Shown here: positions 1 through 9,513 of the stretch, in pieces
Numbering within the stretch: position 1 is the first letter of the stretch
Layout of the letters: every line of letters starts with the position of its first letter
From: Salinispira sp.
GTDB lineage: Bacteria > Spirochaetota > Spirochaetia > DSM-27196 > Salinispiraceae
Direction: 5' to 3'
Assembly (NCBI GenBank): GCA_965226555.1
Contig: CBDDDG010000021.1
Span: 352,001-416,000 of the forward strand
DNA: 64,000 nt
The notes under the pieces: model-generated
The model's input: the letters and a program-made list of their open reading frames with translations, nothing else
Database searches by the model: none
Told to the model about the DNA's origin: nothing
Program-made: the position numbers and the translations under genes

Positions 1-319
1 GCCATATCGTGGAATGATCGGGAGTATCATCGAGAACATTGAGCCCCACAAAACGCTTGTATGCCAAGTCGCAGGCAAGAGCATTTTCCATGCCTTCATC
101 GCTGAGATTCTGCCAAGATTGCAGCAACAGCACTTTGAACATCATAACCGGATGATATCCTTTCGCGCCCATCGATTTGTTGTTGATAGCACAGAGCATC
201 TCCCCAATTTCCTTCCAATTGATCAGTTCATACAGGCTATCGAAGCGTTTCAGCGCTTTACTTTCCTGAATACCCTGATTGATCAGCGATCCATGATGTT
301 CTTTCCAATTATTTCCCAT
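1..319 (-). CDS. IS5-family transposase, 5' part (runs off window start; not in ORF track)
   Basis: Manual translation from ATG at 319 (SD AGGAGA): MGNNWKEH...LINWKEIGEMLCAINNKSMGAKGYHPVMMFKVLLLQSWQNLSDEGME...KRFVGLNVLDDTPDHSTIW, the IS5 N-terminal (DUF772-like) pattern. Confidence 0.85.
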   Translation of the reverse strand, partial: MGNNWKEHHGSLINQGIQESKALKRFDSLYELINWKEIGEMLCAINNKSMGAKGYHPVMMFKVLLLQSWQNLSDEGMENALACDLAYKRFVGLNVLDDTPDHSTIW

Positions 320-435
320 TGTGTTCTCCTGTTTCAGCGCCGGACAGCGCGCAATACAACCCGATTGCTCATTCCCAGCTCTCTGTGTGAATTTTCTTCA
401 AAATACCATTATTCCCGATGATGTGCAAAGGTTTC
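1..435 (-). mobile_element. IS5-family element A, upstream end (partial)
   Basis: 422-435 tgtgcaaaggtttc (reverse complement gaaacctttgcaca) resembles the IR of the neighbouring IS (gagaccattgcata) and lies upstream of the transposase start. Confidence 0.6.
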
Positions 436-659
436 TTATATGAGACCATTGCATAATCCATGGTTTTATTGATGTAGGGAAGGATGATAAAAAATTTGAG
501 ATAAAGTGATGGGATGATGCGGGAAAAACGGGGTGATAACACCATCTGAGTGCCTGCAAAGGATCGCATTTCGCTCATTTTCGACCGTTTCTCCGCTGGT
601 TTTTGTCTTTCGGGCGTCTGTTGCCGGTCGGCTTCTGCCGTTTGTCCCGAATGCGGTCG

Positions 660-1793
660 CTAAGCCGCCCATTTTCCCTGTTTCTGCAATTCCAAAATCT
701 TCGGTACCCGTTTCAAATTATACGCAATAGCAGACAACAGATGCTGCGTATGCGCTTTTGTTATTCCGACATAGCGGGTTCTCCCCCCGCCAAACCATTG
801 GTGCATTCCTCCGAATGTGCGTTCTATTTTGTACCGTCCGCCCTGTATCTCTTTGTTCCTCAGTTTCTGCTCCGCGGTCAATTGCTTCTTCTTCTCACCC
901 TTCTTCGCTCTGGCTACCTTCCACATAATGCCGTCTTTCAGCTTTCTCTTCTTCAGCGCCGCTCGGTTCTTCGTGCTTGTATATCCTTTGTCCGCCTGCA
1001 CTTCTGCATTCTCATCCAATTGCCCCTTATCGAGTAGCGTTTCAAACACCGTACTGTCATGGACATTCGCCGGGGCTGGTCGGAGGCTGCGCCTCCTGCT
1101 CGCCCATGCGTCCGGGGTGGTCTTGACCGCTACCATAAGCCCATTGTCATCGGCAAGACAATGCTTCTTCGCGCCAAAATGAAATTCCCCGTTCTTTTTC
1201 GTCCACCTCATATCGGTATCTACTCTGTCCGCAAACTTCTCCGGTTCCCGCTCTAAGGATTTATTATCCGATTGAGCGCATTTATCACTGTCTGTGCGAT
1301 CAACAATCCCGCGGGGTTTTCTCGGACTTCTGGTAATGCTCGCATCAACTTTGACCACTTTCTTTATCATGATCCCGCGCGTTTCAAGCTGTCGGTTTAT
1401 TTCAGTAAGCAACTGGTCAAAGATTCCCGCTTTCGTCATGGCCGTGCGAAACCGGCTGAGAACACTGTGATCCGGCACATCATCTTCCACAATAAGACCG
1501 CAGAAATTCGATGCTCCCATGCTGTCGTTCACCATATCTTCCACACCATAATCACTGAGATTATTCCACATCCCCAATAGAAGCATTTTGAACAGCAACA
1601 GGCCAGGGTAGGCAGCCCTGCCGACCGCGCTGCTTCCTCGGGTATCGTGTTCTGTAATAATATCCTCAATGGGCTTCCAGTCGATAATCTGGTCAATTTT
1701 CCGATAGAAGGTGTTTTTCCGTGTACGTCTTTCCATACTGTCTGCGACAAATGACATAGTGTGCTCCTGAGATTTGATCATGGTAAGGATCAT
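660..1793 (-). CDS. IS5-family DDE transposase with a 14-aa in-frame repeat insertion
   Basis: GRAAYP..LLFKMLLL, PDHSVLSRFR, VDAS, TTP[..]ANVHD, ADKGY, RYKIERTFG motifs. Confidence 0.93.
   Translation of the reverse strand: MILTMIKSQEHTMSFVADSMERRTRKNTFYRKIDQIIDWKPIEDIITEHDTRGSSAVGRAAYPGLLLFKMLLLGMWNNLSDYGVEDMVNDSMGASNFCGLIVEDDVPDHSVLSRFRTAMTKAGIFDQLLTEINRQLETRGIMIKKVVKVDASITRSPRKPRGIVDRTDSDKCAQSDNKSLEREPEKFADRVDTDMRWTKKNGEFHFGAKKHCLADDNGLMVAVKTTPDAWASRRRSLRPAPANVHDSTVFETLLDKGQLDENAEVQADKGYTSTKNRAALKKRKLKDGIMWKVARAKKGEKKKQLTAEQKLRNKEIQGGRYKIERTFGGMHQWFGGGRTRYVGITKAHTQHLLSAIAYNLKRVPKILELQKQGKWAA
1071..1116 (-). repeat. GC-rich dispersed repeat inserted in frame in the transposase
   Basis: Core ggacgcatgggcgagcaggaggcgcagcctccgaccagccc is identical to 4605-4645; bounded by CCCCGG direct repeats. 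Confidence 0.9.
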
Positions 1794-1869
1794 AACATAT
1801 ATATGAGGACTGATTACAGCCAGAAAGCAAAAAATCGAAAGAAAAATTCAAAAAAGTTCATATGGGATG

Positions 1870-1902
1870 TTGACACTCTGGATAAATGAACGGTACTATA
1901 AT
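1870..1902 (+). promoter_or_regulatory. Putative outward-facing sigma70 promoter inside the IS5 end
   Basis: TTGACA (1870)-18 nt-TACTAT, with overlapping TATAAT at 1897. Confidence 0.45.
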
Positions 1903-1960
1903 ATCACCGATGAGACTGTTGCCATGCAATGATCTCTATATATATGGACGGTTATAAACT

Positions 1961-3358
1961 GTGGGTATGAAAATTAGACAATTCAGAATCTGGCTGGTCA
2001 TTACCATTGTTCCGATTCTATTTCTCGCATCCTGCTCCATGGACAATCCTGTGCCCGACCCCATGGACAATCCGGTGGACGAGCCCATGGACAATCCGGC
2101 GGACGAGCCCATGGACAATCCTGCGGACGACCTCATAGCGAAAATACTGAATCCGCAGGTTGCTGTTTTTCAGGCTGCCGATACGCAGGAGGATCGGGGG
2201 TTTGGATACGATGTTGATATATCCGGCAATGCGGTAATTGTCGGAACCACTGATACTGGCGGCTCCCCGCGGGAATCGGTGTATGTTTTTGAATGGGACG
2301 GAACAGAATGGCGGCAGGCCTATAACAGGGAAGTAAGCCCCTCTGAGGCGACTGCCTTCGGAGAATCGGTTGCCATAAGCGGCAATACCGCAGCCTTCGG
2401 ACAGGGCGGCTATGAATATTCGGGAAATACGCCCGGGTTTGCGCACATTCTCGCCAGAGACAGTACGGGCGCATGGACGGCGGCAACAGGGTCGATTAGC
2501 GGAACCTCCGGCACAGATCAGCGTTTTGGATGGGATGTTGCCGTCGATGGAAGTACGGTGCTGGTTGGCAGCGGATATGACATTGATATTGATATTAACG
2601 GGGAGGGAGAATCAGATTATTACTACCTCGTTCAGGTACTCGACAGCACAGACGCGAGCATCAATTATTATGTTCCCTACCCTGAAATTGAAACAACAAT
2701 AAATCATTTCGGCGTTGCCCTTGCCATAAGCGGCAATACCATTGCTGTTGGAAATGTCGCTGCCACAAACCAAGTAGCCCGCTTCATCATTAACGTTTTC
2801 AAGGTTCCGGGAGCCGATGAAAAGGGCAGCGTGTATGTGTACACCAGCAACAGCGCAGGTTCCTGGGCAGACAGTACCCCCGCGCACATTAGCCCCAATG
2901 ACCTTGAAATTGGTGATGATTTCGGAACCGCCATTGCCGCGGATTCCGCCGCGCTTGTCGTTGGCGCGCCGGGAGATTCCGCCGACCGCGGCGCGGTCTA
3001 TGTTTTCGGAAAAAGCGGGGGAACATGGAGCGCAGCTCCGACCGCGGTACTCAGGGCTGCCGGTGGGGCTGAAGGCGACAGATTCGGGCACAGTGTTGAT
3101 GTTTCGGTTTCGGGGAGGGTTGTTATTGTCGGAGCTCCGCAGGCCGATAGCGCCGCAGGCGCTGTGTATGTTTTTTACCTCAAAAATGGAACATGGACAG
3201 AGTCAAAATTCACCGCCCGAAATGAAAACGGACAGGCAGACAGGGCAGCCAATAACCTGTTCGGCAATAGCGTTGCCATAGACGGCGCTGCCGTCATTAT
3301 TGGCGAACCGGGCTATTCAAACAGGAATGGCCGTGTGCATATTCTCAATAACAATTAG
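1961..3358 (+). CDS. FG-GAP repeat (integrin-alpha-like beta-propeller) lipoprotein
   Basis: Lipobox LASC; repeated FG.sVaisG..v.VGAP...G.VYVF; start may be ATG 1967. Confidence 0.88.
   Translation: MGMKIRQFRIWLVITIVPILFLASCSMDNPVPDPMDNPVDEPMDNPADEPMDNPADDLIAKILNPQVAVFQAADTQEDRGFGYDVDISGNAVIVGTTDTGGSPRESVYVFEWDGTEWRQAYNREVSPSEATAFGESVAISGNTAAFGQGGYEYSGNTPGFAHILARDSTGAWTAATGSISGTSGTDQRFGWDVAVDGSTVLVGSGYDIDIDINGEGESDYYYLVQVLDSTDASINYYVPYPEIETTINHFGVALAISGNTIAVGNVAATNQVARFIINVFKVPGADEKGSVYVYTSNSAGSWADSTPAHISPNDLEIGDDFGTAIAADSAALVVGAPGDSADRGAVYVFGKSGGTWSAAPTAVLRAAGGAEGDRFGHSVDVSVSGRVVIVGAPQADSAAGAVYVFYLKNGTWTESKFTARNENGQADRAANNLFGNSVAIDGAAVIIGEPGYSNRNGRVHILNNN
2039..2134 (+). repeat. 4 x 24-bp tandem repeat (MDNPxDEP) after the lipobox
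   Basis: atggacaatcc(t/g)g recurs at 2039, 2063, 2087, 2111. Confidence 0.9.
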
Positions 3359-3410
3359 AAGGTTTTGCTACTGGAAATTGTGAAAGCACAATTTTCCAAG
3401 GCAAAACTTT
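3359..3410. repeat. AT-rich nested palindromic repeat module
   Basis: aaggttttgc-tactg-gaaattgtg-aaag-cacaattttc-caag-gcaaaacttt; same family as 4649-4702, 35949-36001, 45381-45433. Confidence 0.85.
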
Positions 3411-3442
3411 ATCAAAGCAAAAATTTTTGTTAGAATGAAGGG

Positions 3443-4333
3443 ATGATGAAAACAGCCCTCATTACCGGCGCCAGTTCAGGCATTGGAGCTGCCTTTGCCC
3501 GGCAGCTTGCTCAGGAAGGATACAACCTTATTATTCATGGCCGGAGAAAGGAAAAGCTTGCAGAGCTTGCCGGGGAACTGCGCCGTTTGCGCGCCGAAGC
3601 TCGCGCCGAAACTCGCGCTGAAACTGCGGGAGGGTCAGAATCTCCATCAGAAAAATCTCCATCAGGAAAATCAAAATCAGAGTCAGAAAGGCCGAACGAA
3701 GAAGTCGTCCGAATTGTATGCGGCGATCTCATGGAGCAGGACACCCTAAACGAGCTTGCTGGAGTGGGTCGGGAAGAGAAGGTTGATCTACTCATAAATA
3801 ATGCGGGGTATGGCGCCATGCAGGATTTCTTTAGCGATGGTGATATGCAGCTCAATATGCTCAGGGTTCACTGTTATGTTCCTGCTCTGCTGTGCAGGGA
3901 GCTTATTCCCGGAATGATTGAGCGCGGCGGCGGACAGGTGATTAATGTGAGCTCGGTAGCGGGAGAACAGCGGCTGCCTCAGGCAATTATGTACACATCG
4001 ACCAAGACCTTTCTCACCGTTTTTACTGAGAGCCTTGCAATGCGGGTGAGAGATGATGGGGTGCGGGTTCAGGCCCTTCTGCCCGGTTTTACTCGGAGCG
4101 ATTTTCATGCGCGCATGCCCGAGTGGAAACGGGAAAGACGGAACAGAGGTATTGTCCGCTGGCAGACCTCAGAGCAGGTAGCTGCCTTTTCGCTGCGGAT
4201 GATCCGTACGCGGAGAGCGGGAACAATAGTTATTTCAGGGTTTTTGAACCGTTTTATCGTATGTGTTACTACCATTCTTCTGGGGAACAGAATGGGGAAG
4301 AAGCTATACCGTTATCTGGTCAGAAACATGTGA
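3443..4333 (+). CDS. SDR family NAD(P)-dependent oxidoreductase
   Basis: TGASSGIG, NNAG and YxxxK (YTSTK); low-complexity insert AEARAETRAET...SESPSEKSPS. Confidence 0.92.
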   Translation: MMKTALITGASSGIGAAFARQLAQEGYNLIIHGRRKEKLAELAGELRRLRAEARAETRAETAGGSESPSEKSPSGKSKSESERPNEEVVRIVCGDLMEQDTLNELAGVGREEKVDLLINNAGYGAMQDFFSDGDMQLNMLRVHCYVPALLCRELIPGMIERGGGQVINVSSVAGEQRLPQAIMYTSTKTFLTVFTESLAMRVRDDGVRVQALLPGFTRSDFHARMPEWKRERRNRGIVRWQTSEQVAAFSLRMIRTRRAGTIVISGFLNRFIVCVTTILLGNRMGKKLYRYLVRNM

Positions 4334-4534
4334 AGCGCCCGCTATGCCGATTCTCCGGGGCGGGTATCCGCTGCATTCTCTATTCCTTCCCTGATAGTTT
4401 TTCTGCCGCTGATAATATCTTCCACGTTTCTGATTCCGCGGACCATTTCAGGAAAAATGTCGGCGCTGCCGGAGGCGTTACGGAGCTGTTCGCGGTATAT
4501 GGATAATACTTCTGTATTATGGATATTTCAAGGA

Positions 4535-4702
4535 GAAAGTTTTGCAAAATGCAAAACTTTCTATAAAATAGGAGAATGCTAAGCACAAAGAAAGCATTCC
4601 TGACGGACGCATGGGCGAGCAGGAGGCGCAGCCTCCGACCAGCCCTCGGAAACTTTTGCTATTGGAAATTGTGCTTGCGCAATTTTCCAATGCAAAAGTT
4701 TC
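4535..4702. repeat. Composite palindromic element (short hairpin + body + GC module + long hairpin)
   Basis: Same modules as 24819-25017; tttcaaggagaaagttt is repeated at both ends. Confidence 0.85.
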
Positions 4703-4716
4703 AAGGAGAAAGTTTC

Positions 4717-4744
4717 TTGACAGGCACGGCAGAAGTGTTATAAC
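4717..4744 (+). promoter_or_regulatory. sigma70-type promoter for tRNA-Val
   Basis: TTGACA-16 nt-TATAAC with TG extension, ~19 nt upstream of the tRNA. Confidence 0.6.
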
Positions 4745-4762
4745 ATCATACATGTTGTTCAC

Positions 4763-4835
4763 GGGCGAATAGCTCAGCTGGGAGAGCGCCTGCCTTACAA
4801 GCAGGATGTCGGGGGTTCAAGTCCCTCTTCGCCCA
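4763..4835 (+). tRNA. tRNA-Val(TAC)
   Basis: Cloverleaf GGGCGAA...TTCGCCC-A, anticodon loop CTTACAA, GTTCAA T-loop; CCA not encoded. Confidence 0.96.
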
Positions 4836-4952
4836 TTGTTATTTTTTGATAAGTATAGTGCATTATGCGGGAATGCTCCGCGCATAAAAGCGTTCCCTGC
4901 CCGCGCCTGTTGCGCTGGGGTTGGTCGGCACAGCAAGGCGCAGCGCCGATGC

Positions 4953-6354
4953 TTATTCTGCCTTGGGAGGACGCTCGCGGGTTGCCATGTCGTAGGCATA
5001 GATTGTTGCTGATTGTTCATCCAACACCCACATTGTTGTTCCATCCGAATAGGTGCTAGTGGGATGTTGCATAGTGCCCCCAATAAGATTATTGAAATCT
5101 TTTGAGGAATCTCGTCCCCTAGTATCCAGAGTATAGGCATAGATTTTGTCGGTGTCATAATCGGGCACCCACATTGTGCTCCCATCCGACCAAATGCCTG
5201 TAATTTTCATATTCTCATCGTCAAGTATGTCCCTGTCAAAATCTTTAGCGGCATCGCGAGTTCCGCGTTCATTCTTAGCCATTTTGTAGGCATAGATGAT
5301 CGCAGCACTGCCAACAGCCACCCACATTGTTTCAGCATCTGCCCAGATGCCGCCAAGGAGGATTCCTCCCGATGGAATAGTTATGCTAAAATTTTCATTC
5401 TCCATAGACGGCATCTTGGTTGCCATGTCGTAGGCATAGATTGTGCTTGTTTTTTCATCCAGCACCCACATTATTTCACCATCTGACCAGATGCTTCTGG
5501 GGTCATCAATAGTGCTACCAAGGTCGAAATCTTCATCCGCATCGCGCGCCGTGGTCTCCATATTATAGGCATAGATTTTTTCGGTAGTATCCTTGTTGTT
5601 ATCATTATTCAGAACCCACATTGTTGTTCCGTCCGACCAAATGTCTCTGGGTTTAGCATTTTCCAAGGTAGGGAAATCGTCTCGGTAAACACCTTCGTCA
5701 TTGTAGCCGTCTTTCTTGAAATCGCGCAGGTCATATTTCGTTCCAGTATCCTGATGATTACCGTCAGCATTAAAACCGGCTGCATTGTAGCCGTTCGCGT
5801 CATAACCATTTGGGTTGTAGTGCGTACCGGTGTCGCGGTGAATGCCCGCGGCATTAAAGCCGTTTATGTCGTAACCGGCCGCGTCATAGCCCGCTGCGTT
5901 AAAGCCATCTTTGTCGTACCCGTTTGACGAATAGCCTTCTGCATTGTAACCATCTTTGTCGTACCCGTTTGATGAATAGCCTTCTGCATTGTAGCCGTCT
6001 TTGTCGTACCCGGCCGCGTCATAGCCCGCAGCGTTAAAGCCGTCTGCGTTATAACCCTGCTCGTCATAGCCCTGTGGGTTTGTATATCGTGTCGGTGTCT
6101 CGGTGTTTACCGTCAGCATTAAAACCGGCCACATTGTAGCCGTTCGCGTCATAACCGTAGAGGTCGTATTCCGTGCCGGTGATATAGTGAATACCATCGT
6201 CATAAAACCCGCGCATATCGCAGGCGCTGAGAACGAGTATGAGGGAAAACACAAAAAGGATTCCCCGCAACAAATGCGGGCTTTGGAAATGGTTCCGGGA
6301 TTTTACGCTATGCGCAGGTGCCAGCGTGGATTGATTGTTATAGTTCATCATCAA
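4953..6354 (-). pseudogene. Frameshifted lipoprotein with GYD/GYN/GFN pentapeptide repeats and C-terminal 'IWSDGTTMWV' propeller-like repeats
   Basis: ORF 6064-6354 (signal LILVLSAC) joins ORF 4953-6254 if one A is removed at 6079-6081 (TIY-NPQGYD, matching internal THYNPNGYD). Confidence 0.75.
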
Positions 6355-6540
6355 AAACTCCTATCATCAATAATAATTGAAACCTTTGAGAATTGCAAGC
6401 ACATTATGAATAATCTCATGTGTTTTTATTGGGATATCAGTATTTGACAAATTTTTTCGGATGATATTGCTCGCTCCCGCTTCCCCGCCTATTGATATGA
6501 AAAACGGTACTGTCTATGGTGCTTACCGCTTCGTTAATAA

Positions 6541-6938
6541 GAGACCGTTGCATAATCCATGGTTTTATTGATGTAGGGAAGGATGATAAAAAATTTGAGA
6601 TAAAGTGATGGGATGATGCGGGAAAAACGGGGTGATAACACCATCTGAGTGCCTGCAAAGGATCGCATTTCGCTCATTTTCGACCGTTTCTCCGCTGGTT
6701 TTCGTCTTTCGGGCGTCTGTTGCCGGTCGGCTTCTGCCGTTTGTCCTGAATGCGGCTGCTAAGCCGCCCATTTTCCCTGTTTCTGCAATTCCAAAATCTT
6801 CGGTACCCGTTTCAAATTATACGCAATAGCAGACAACAGATGCTGCGTATGCGCTTTTGCTATCCCGACATAGCGGGTTCTCCCCCCGCCAAACCATTGG
6901 TGCATTCCTCCGAATGTGCGTTCTATTTTGTACCGTCC
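6541..6938 (-). mobile_element. Truncated copy of the downstream end of IS5 element B
   Basis: Near-identical to 442-839, including IR gagaccgttgcat and the transposase 3' end. Confidence 0.92.
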
Positions 6939-6940
6939 GC

Positions 6941-7025
6941 GCTGGTCGGAGGCTGCGCATCCTGCTCGCCATGCGTCCGGGCTGGTCGGAGGCTGCGCCT
7001 CCTGCTCGCCATGCGTCCGGGCTGG
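6941..7025. repeat. Two tandem 40-bp GC-rich modules
   Basis: gctggtcggaggctgcgc(a/c)tcctgctcgccatgcgtccgg x2. Confidence 0.9.
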
Positions 7026-7049
7026 AATGTTCTTTATGTGCTGGCGCTT

Positions 7050-8843
7050 TCAATTATGAATGAGTATTGCCTTTATGCGGCGCACACCCTGAGAGCTCGA
7101 TTGTTCTTTTGTAATTTTGAATTGTCCTAATTGCGCGGTGTTTTCCGCATGAGGGCCTCCGCAGACCTCTTTTGAAAAATCTCCAATAGAATATACCTTT
7201 ACGGTATTATCGTATTTTTCTCCGAAAAGCGCGCGGGCGCCGATCTTCTTAGCATCATCAAGCGCCATACTGTCATATTTTACGGGCAGACTATTTTTAA
7301 TTTGCTCATTCACAAGCTCCTCAACGTCCCTAAGTTCTTCATAACTCAGTTTTGCAGAATGTGAAAAATCGAAACGCAGGCGATCCGGGGTAATGTTACT
7401 GCCTTTTTGAGCAACATGGTCACCGAGAATACGGCGGAGCGCTTCATGGAGAAGATGAGTTGCCGTGTGCAGGGCTGTTGTTTTCTCTCCATGATCCGCA
7501 AGCCCTCCTTTAAATGTCGCCTTCGCATCCGTTTTCGATAATTCCTGATGCCTTCGGAATGCCCGTTCGAATCCTTCTTTATCTATGCTGAGTCCATGCT
7601 CTCCCGCAAGTTCCTCGCTGAGTTCAAGCGGAAAACCATAGGTATCATACAGTTTGAAAACGATGCGGCCGGGAATAATTCGGTTGGAACTTTTGAGAAG
7701 ATTCGGGAGCATTTTCTCAAATTCCTGCTCTCCGTGCCGGAGAGTTTTGGTAAAGCGTTCTTCTTCATGTGTAAGTTCTTTCTGAATAAAATTCTTTCCG
7801 GACTGAAGTTCCGAATACACATCCGAGTATATTTCAATGACAGTTCTGCTCAGCTCCGAAAGAAAGCCCTCGGGCAATCCAAGTTTGAGTCCGTGGCGGA
7901 TACTTCGGCGAATGAGTCTTCTCAAAATATACCCCCGCCCAATGTTGGACGGACGGACTGCCTGCTGATCGCCGAGAATAAAGCAGGATGTCCGCAGATG
8001 ATCGCTAATAATTCGAAACGAGCGATCCGTATTGTTCTCGCTGCCGCCATATTGTATGGCGCTTAATTCCTGAATTTTATTGATGATGGGGCTGAAGAGT
8101 TCGGTTTCATATACCGATTTTTTTCCCTGAAGAATGGTAATGGTACGTTCAACTCCCATTCCGGTATCAACGCAGACGCGTTCTAGGTTGAGAATACGTC
8201 CATCATCGGTCCTGCGATACTGCATAAAAACATTATTCCAGATCTCAAGCCATTTCCCATCGTTTATTCCCGGACGGCTCTGATCATGACCGGGAATTCC
8301 GGTATCAATAAATATCTCTGTATCGGGCCCGCAGGGGCCGGTTTTGCCCGGAGGCCCCCACCAGTTATCTTTTTTTGGCAGATAAAATATACGATCCTTC
8401 GGCACACCCATTTTTCGCCAGAGTTCGGCGCTTTCGGTGTCACGCGGAGCATCTTCATCGCCCGCAAAAATAGTTACTGCCAGCTTTTCCGAATTAATGC
8501 CGAGCCAGTCTGCGCTGGTCAGAAATTCCCAGCTCATGCTGATGGCATCTTCCTTAAAATAATCGCCAAGGCTCCAGTTTCCCAGCATTTCGAAAAAAGT
8601 CAGATGATTCGAATCGCCAACTTCATCAATGTCGCCGGTTCGAATGCACTTCTGAACATTCACCAGACGTTTTCCCGCCGGATGTTCCTCGCCCAGAATG
8701 TAGGGAACCAGAGGATGCATGCCTGCGGTTGTGAAAAGGACGCTTGGATCATTCTCGGGAATAAGGCTTTTTCCCGATATTTCACTATGGAGATGTTCAA
8801 TAAAAAACGATATATATTTTTCACGCAATTCTTTGGCGGTCAT
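7050..8843 (-). CDS. alaS: Alanine--tRNA ligase (short form)
   Basis: LFTTAGM, HLTFFEMLGNWS, DTGMGVER, HTATHLLH, EVCGGPH. Confidence 0.97.
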   Translation of the reverse strand: MTAKELREKYISFFIEHLHSEISGKSLIPENDPSVLFTTAGMHPLVPYILGEEHPAGKRLVNVQKCIRTGDIDEVGDSNHLTFFEMLGNWSLGDYFKEDAISMSWEFLTSADWLGINSEKLAVTIFAGDEDAPRDTESAELWRKMGVPKDRIFYLPKKDNWWGPPGKTGPCGPDTEIFIDTGIPGHDQSRPGINDGKWLEIWNNVFMQYRRTDDGRILNLERVCVDTGMGVERTITILQGKKSVYETELFSPIINKIQELSAIQYGGSENNTDRSFRIISDHLRTSCFILGDQQAVRPSNIGRGYILRRLIRRSIRHGLKLGLPEGFLSELSRTVIEIYSDVYSELQSGKNFIQKELTHEEERFTKTLRHGEQEFEKMLPNLLKSSNRIIPGRIVFKLYDTYGFPLELSEELAGEHGLSIDKEGFERAFRRHQELSKTDAKATFKGGLADHGEKTTALHTATHLLHEALRRILGDHVAQKGSNITPDRLRFDFSHSAKLSYEELRDVEELVNEQIKNSLPVKYDSMALDDAKKIGARALFGEKYDNTVKVYSIGDFSKEVCGGPHAENTAQLGQFKITKEQSSSQGVRRIKAILIHN

Positions 8844-8970
8844 GAGCTCAATATACACATATACCTATTGTTTTGTACAGCGGAGTATTGTTTCGCTGGC
8901 ATTCTGCCGACATTCTGCTTGCATTCCGTAGAGTTCACAGATTCCTCCGGCATTTCACAGCATGGTTATG

Positions 8971-9513
8971 TCAGAATATAACATCTGTACGCGTATCCGG
9001 CGTGAGAAATTCCTGAAATACATATACCTTGAGGCCGTTACTTCGTTCTCCCTGAACTGCGTGCCCCTTTGTAACCATACTTTCCAGTTCTTCCTGAACC
9101 TGCTCAGTTGAAAGGCCGGACTCAATAACAAGTTGAGCGGTACTGAGAATACCGTTGTTATCTTTTGCAAGAATGAATATAAGATGTTCAAGACTATGGG
9201 CCTGGCTTTGCATGCGCTGTCGGGAAACATCCGGTTCAGAAAAATCGTGTGATCTTTCATCAAGCCGATCTTCAATATATGCTGTTTGATTTGCGCTATC
9301 TACGAGGTTCCGCATATTCAGGAGATCAATAACTGTTCCAATTCCGAAAAATCCTCCGGTAATAAAATACAGGAAGCCCGATACGTATTTACCCAAATAA
9401 AATCGATGAATACCGGAAAGCCCGAAAAAACCAAGAGCCGCGAGCACATACGCATCACGCAATTTCTTTTTACCCATTCTGTACCTATTCCTCCAATTCG
9501 CAGAGCGTGTCAA
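8971..9513 (-). CDS. TM2/NINE domain membrane protein with C-terminal winged-helix-like region
   Basis: AYVLAALGFFGLSGIHRFYLG...TGGFFGIG..IDL TM2 signature. Confidence 0.75.
   Translation of the reverse strand: MTRSANWRNRYRMGKKKLRDAYVLAALGFFGLSGIHRFYLGKYVSGFLYFITGGFFGIGTVIDLLNMRNLVDSANQTAYIEDRLDERSHDFSEPDVSRQRMQSQAHSLEHLIFILAKDNNGILSTAQLVIESGLSTEQVQEELESMVTKGHAVQGERSNGLKVYVFQEFLTPDTRTDVIF

Larger units (their letters stand above)
442..1936 (-). mobile_element. IS5-family element B, complete
   Basis: Terminal IRs gagaccattgcat (442-454) and atgcaatgatctc (1924-1936); flanked by tatat on both sides (possible TSD, low complexity); contains the transposase. Confidence 0.85.

Noticed and set aside
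14..421. 135-aa plus-strand ORF
   Set aside because: Antisense shadow of the IS5 transposase on the minus strand
4380..4586. 68-aa minus-strand ORF
   Set aside because: Starts inside the repeat element and has no recognisable motif; at most a gene remnant
4763..6540. tRNA-Val-anchored integrative island
   Set aside because: No integrase and no duplicated tRNA 3' end seen
7050..8843. Truncated alaS
   Set aside because: Short AlaRS lacking the C-Ala domain is known in spirochaetes; catalytic and editing motifs are intact
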